From assembly GCA_963810945.1 (NCBI GenBank), contig CAWEPI010000004.1:42104-106103 (forward strand): a DNA stretch of 64,000 nt, in the 5' to 3' direction. Below the pieces are notes generated by a model. That model saw only the letters and a list, made by a program, of their open reading frames with translations, had not been told where the DNA came from and did no database searches. The stretch is from an uncultured Actinomycetes bacterium (lineage in GTDB: Bacteria; Actinomycetota; UBA4738; HRBIN12). This document shows, piece after piece, positions 63,884 through 64,000 of the stretch. The translations under genes and the position numbers were made by a program. Within the stretch, counting starts at the first letter, position 1. Each line of letters starts with the position of its first letter.

Positions 63884-64000
63884 CGTCAGCCGCCGAAGGG
63901 GGCCGGCATGAAGCTCAACAGGATGCGACGCAGGGAGGGGGGCGTCGTCGACCGGCGTTCGGCCGGCCCGACGGGCGGTGGGGAGGCCTCTCGTTCCCCG

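Overview
This is a high-GC (about 70%) chromosomal segment with an actinobacterial core-genome layout. Conserved housekeeping blocks are truA, rplM-rpsI, rtcB, glmM, glmS, acpS, nnr, alr, udg, tsaE-tsaB-rimI-tsaD, groES-groEL (with a CIRCE operator), guaB3-guaA, pcrA, sucC-sucD and purN-purH. Accessory and regulatory genes sit between them: two large cAMP-signalling proteins, a TetR-controlled SRPBCC operon, a sulfur-related island, tandem secreted beta-propeller paralogs, a sulfatase, a class E sortase and a GH9 cellulase. No rRNA, tRNA, CRISPR or mobile element was found. The most striking global feature is a set of at least 20 apparent single-nucleotide frameshifts, clustered in a few intervals and interrupting otherwise well-conserved genes, some of them essential. 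That pattern points to an indel-rich assembly rather than genuine gene decay. Several intergenic palindromes and short tandem repeats look like operator sites. Homology was judged by reading the ORF translations against remembered family motifs, not by database search.
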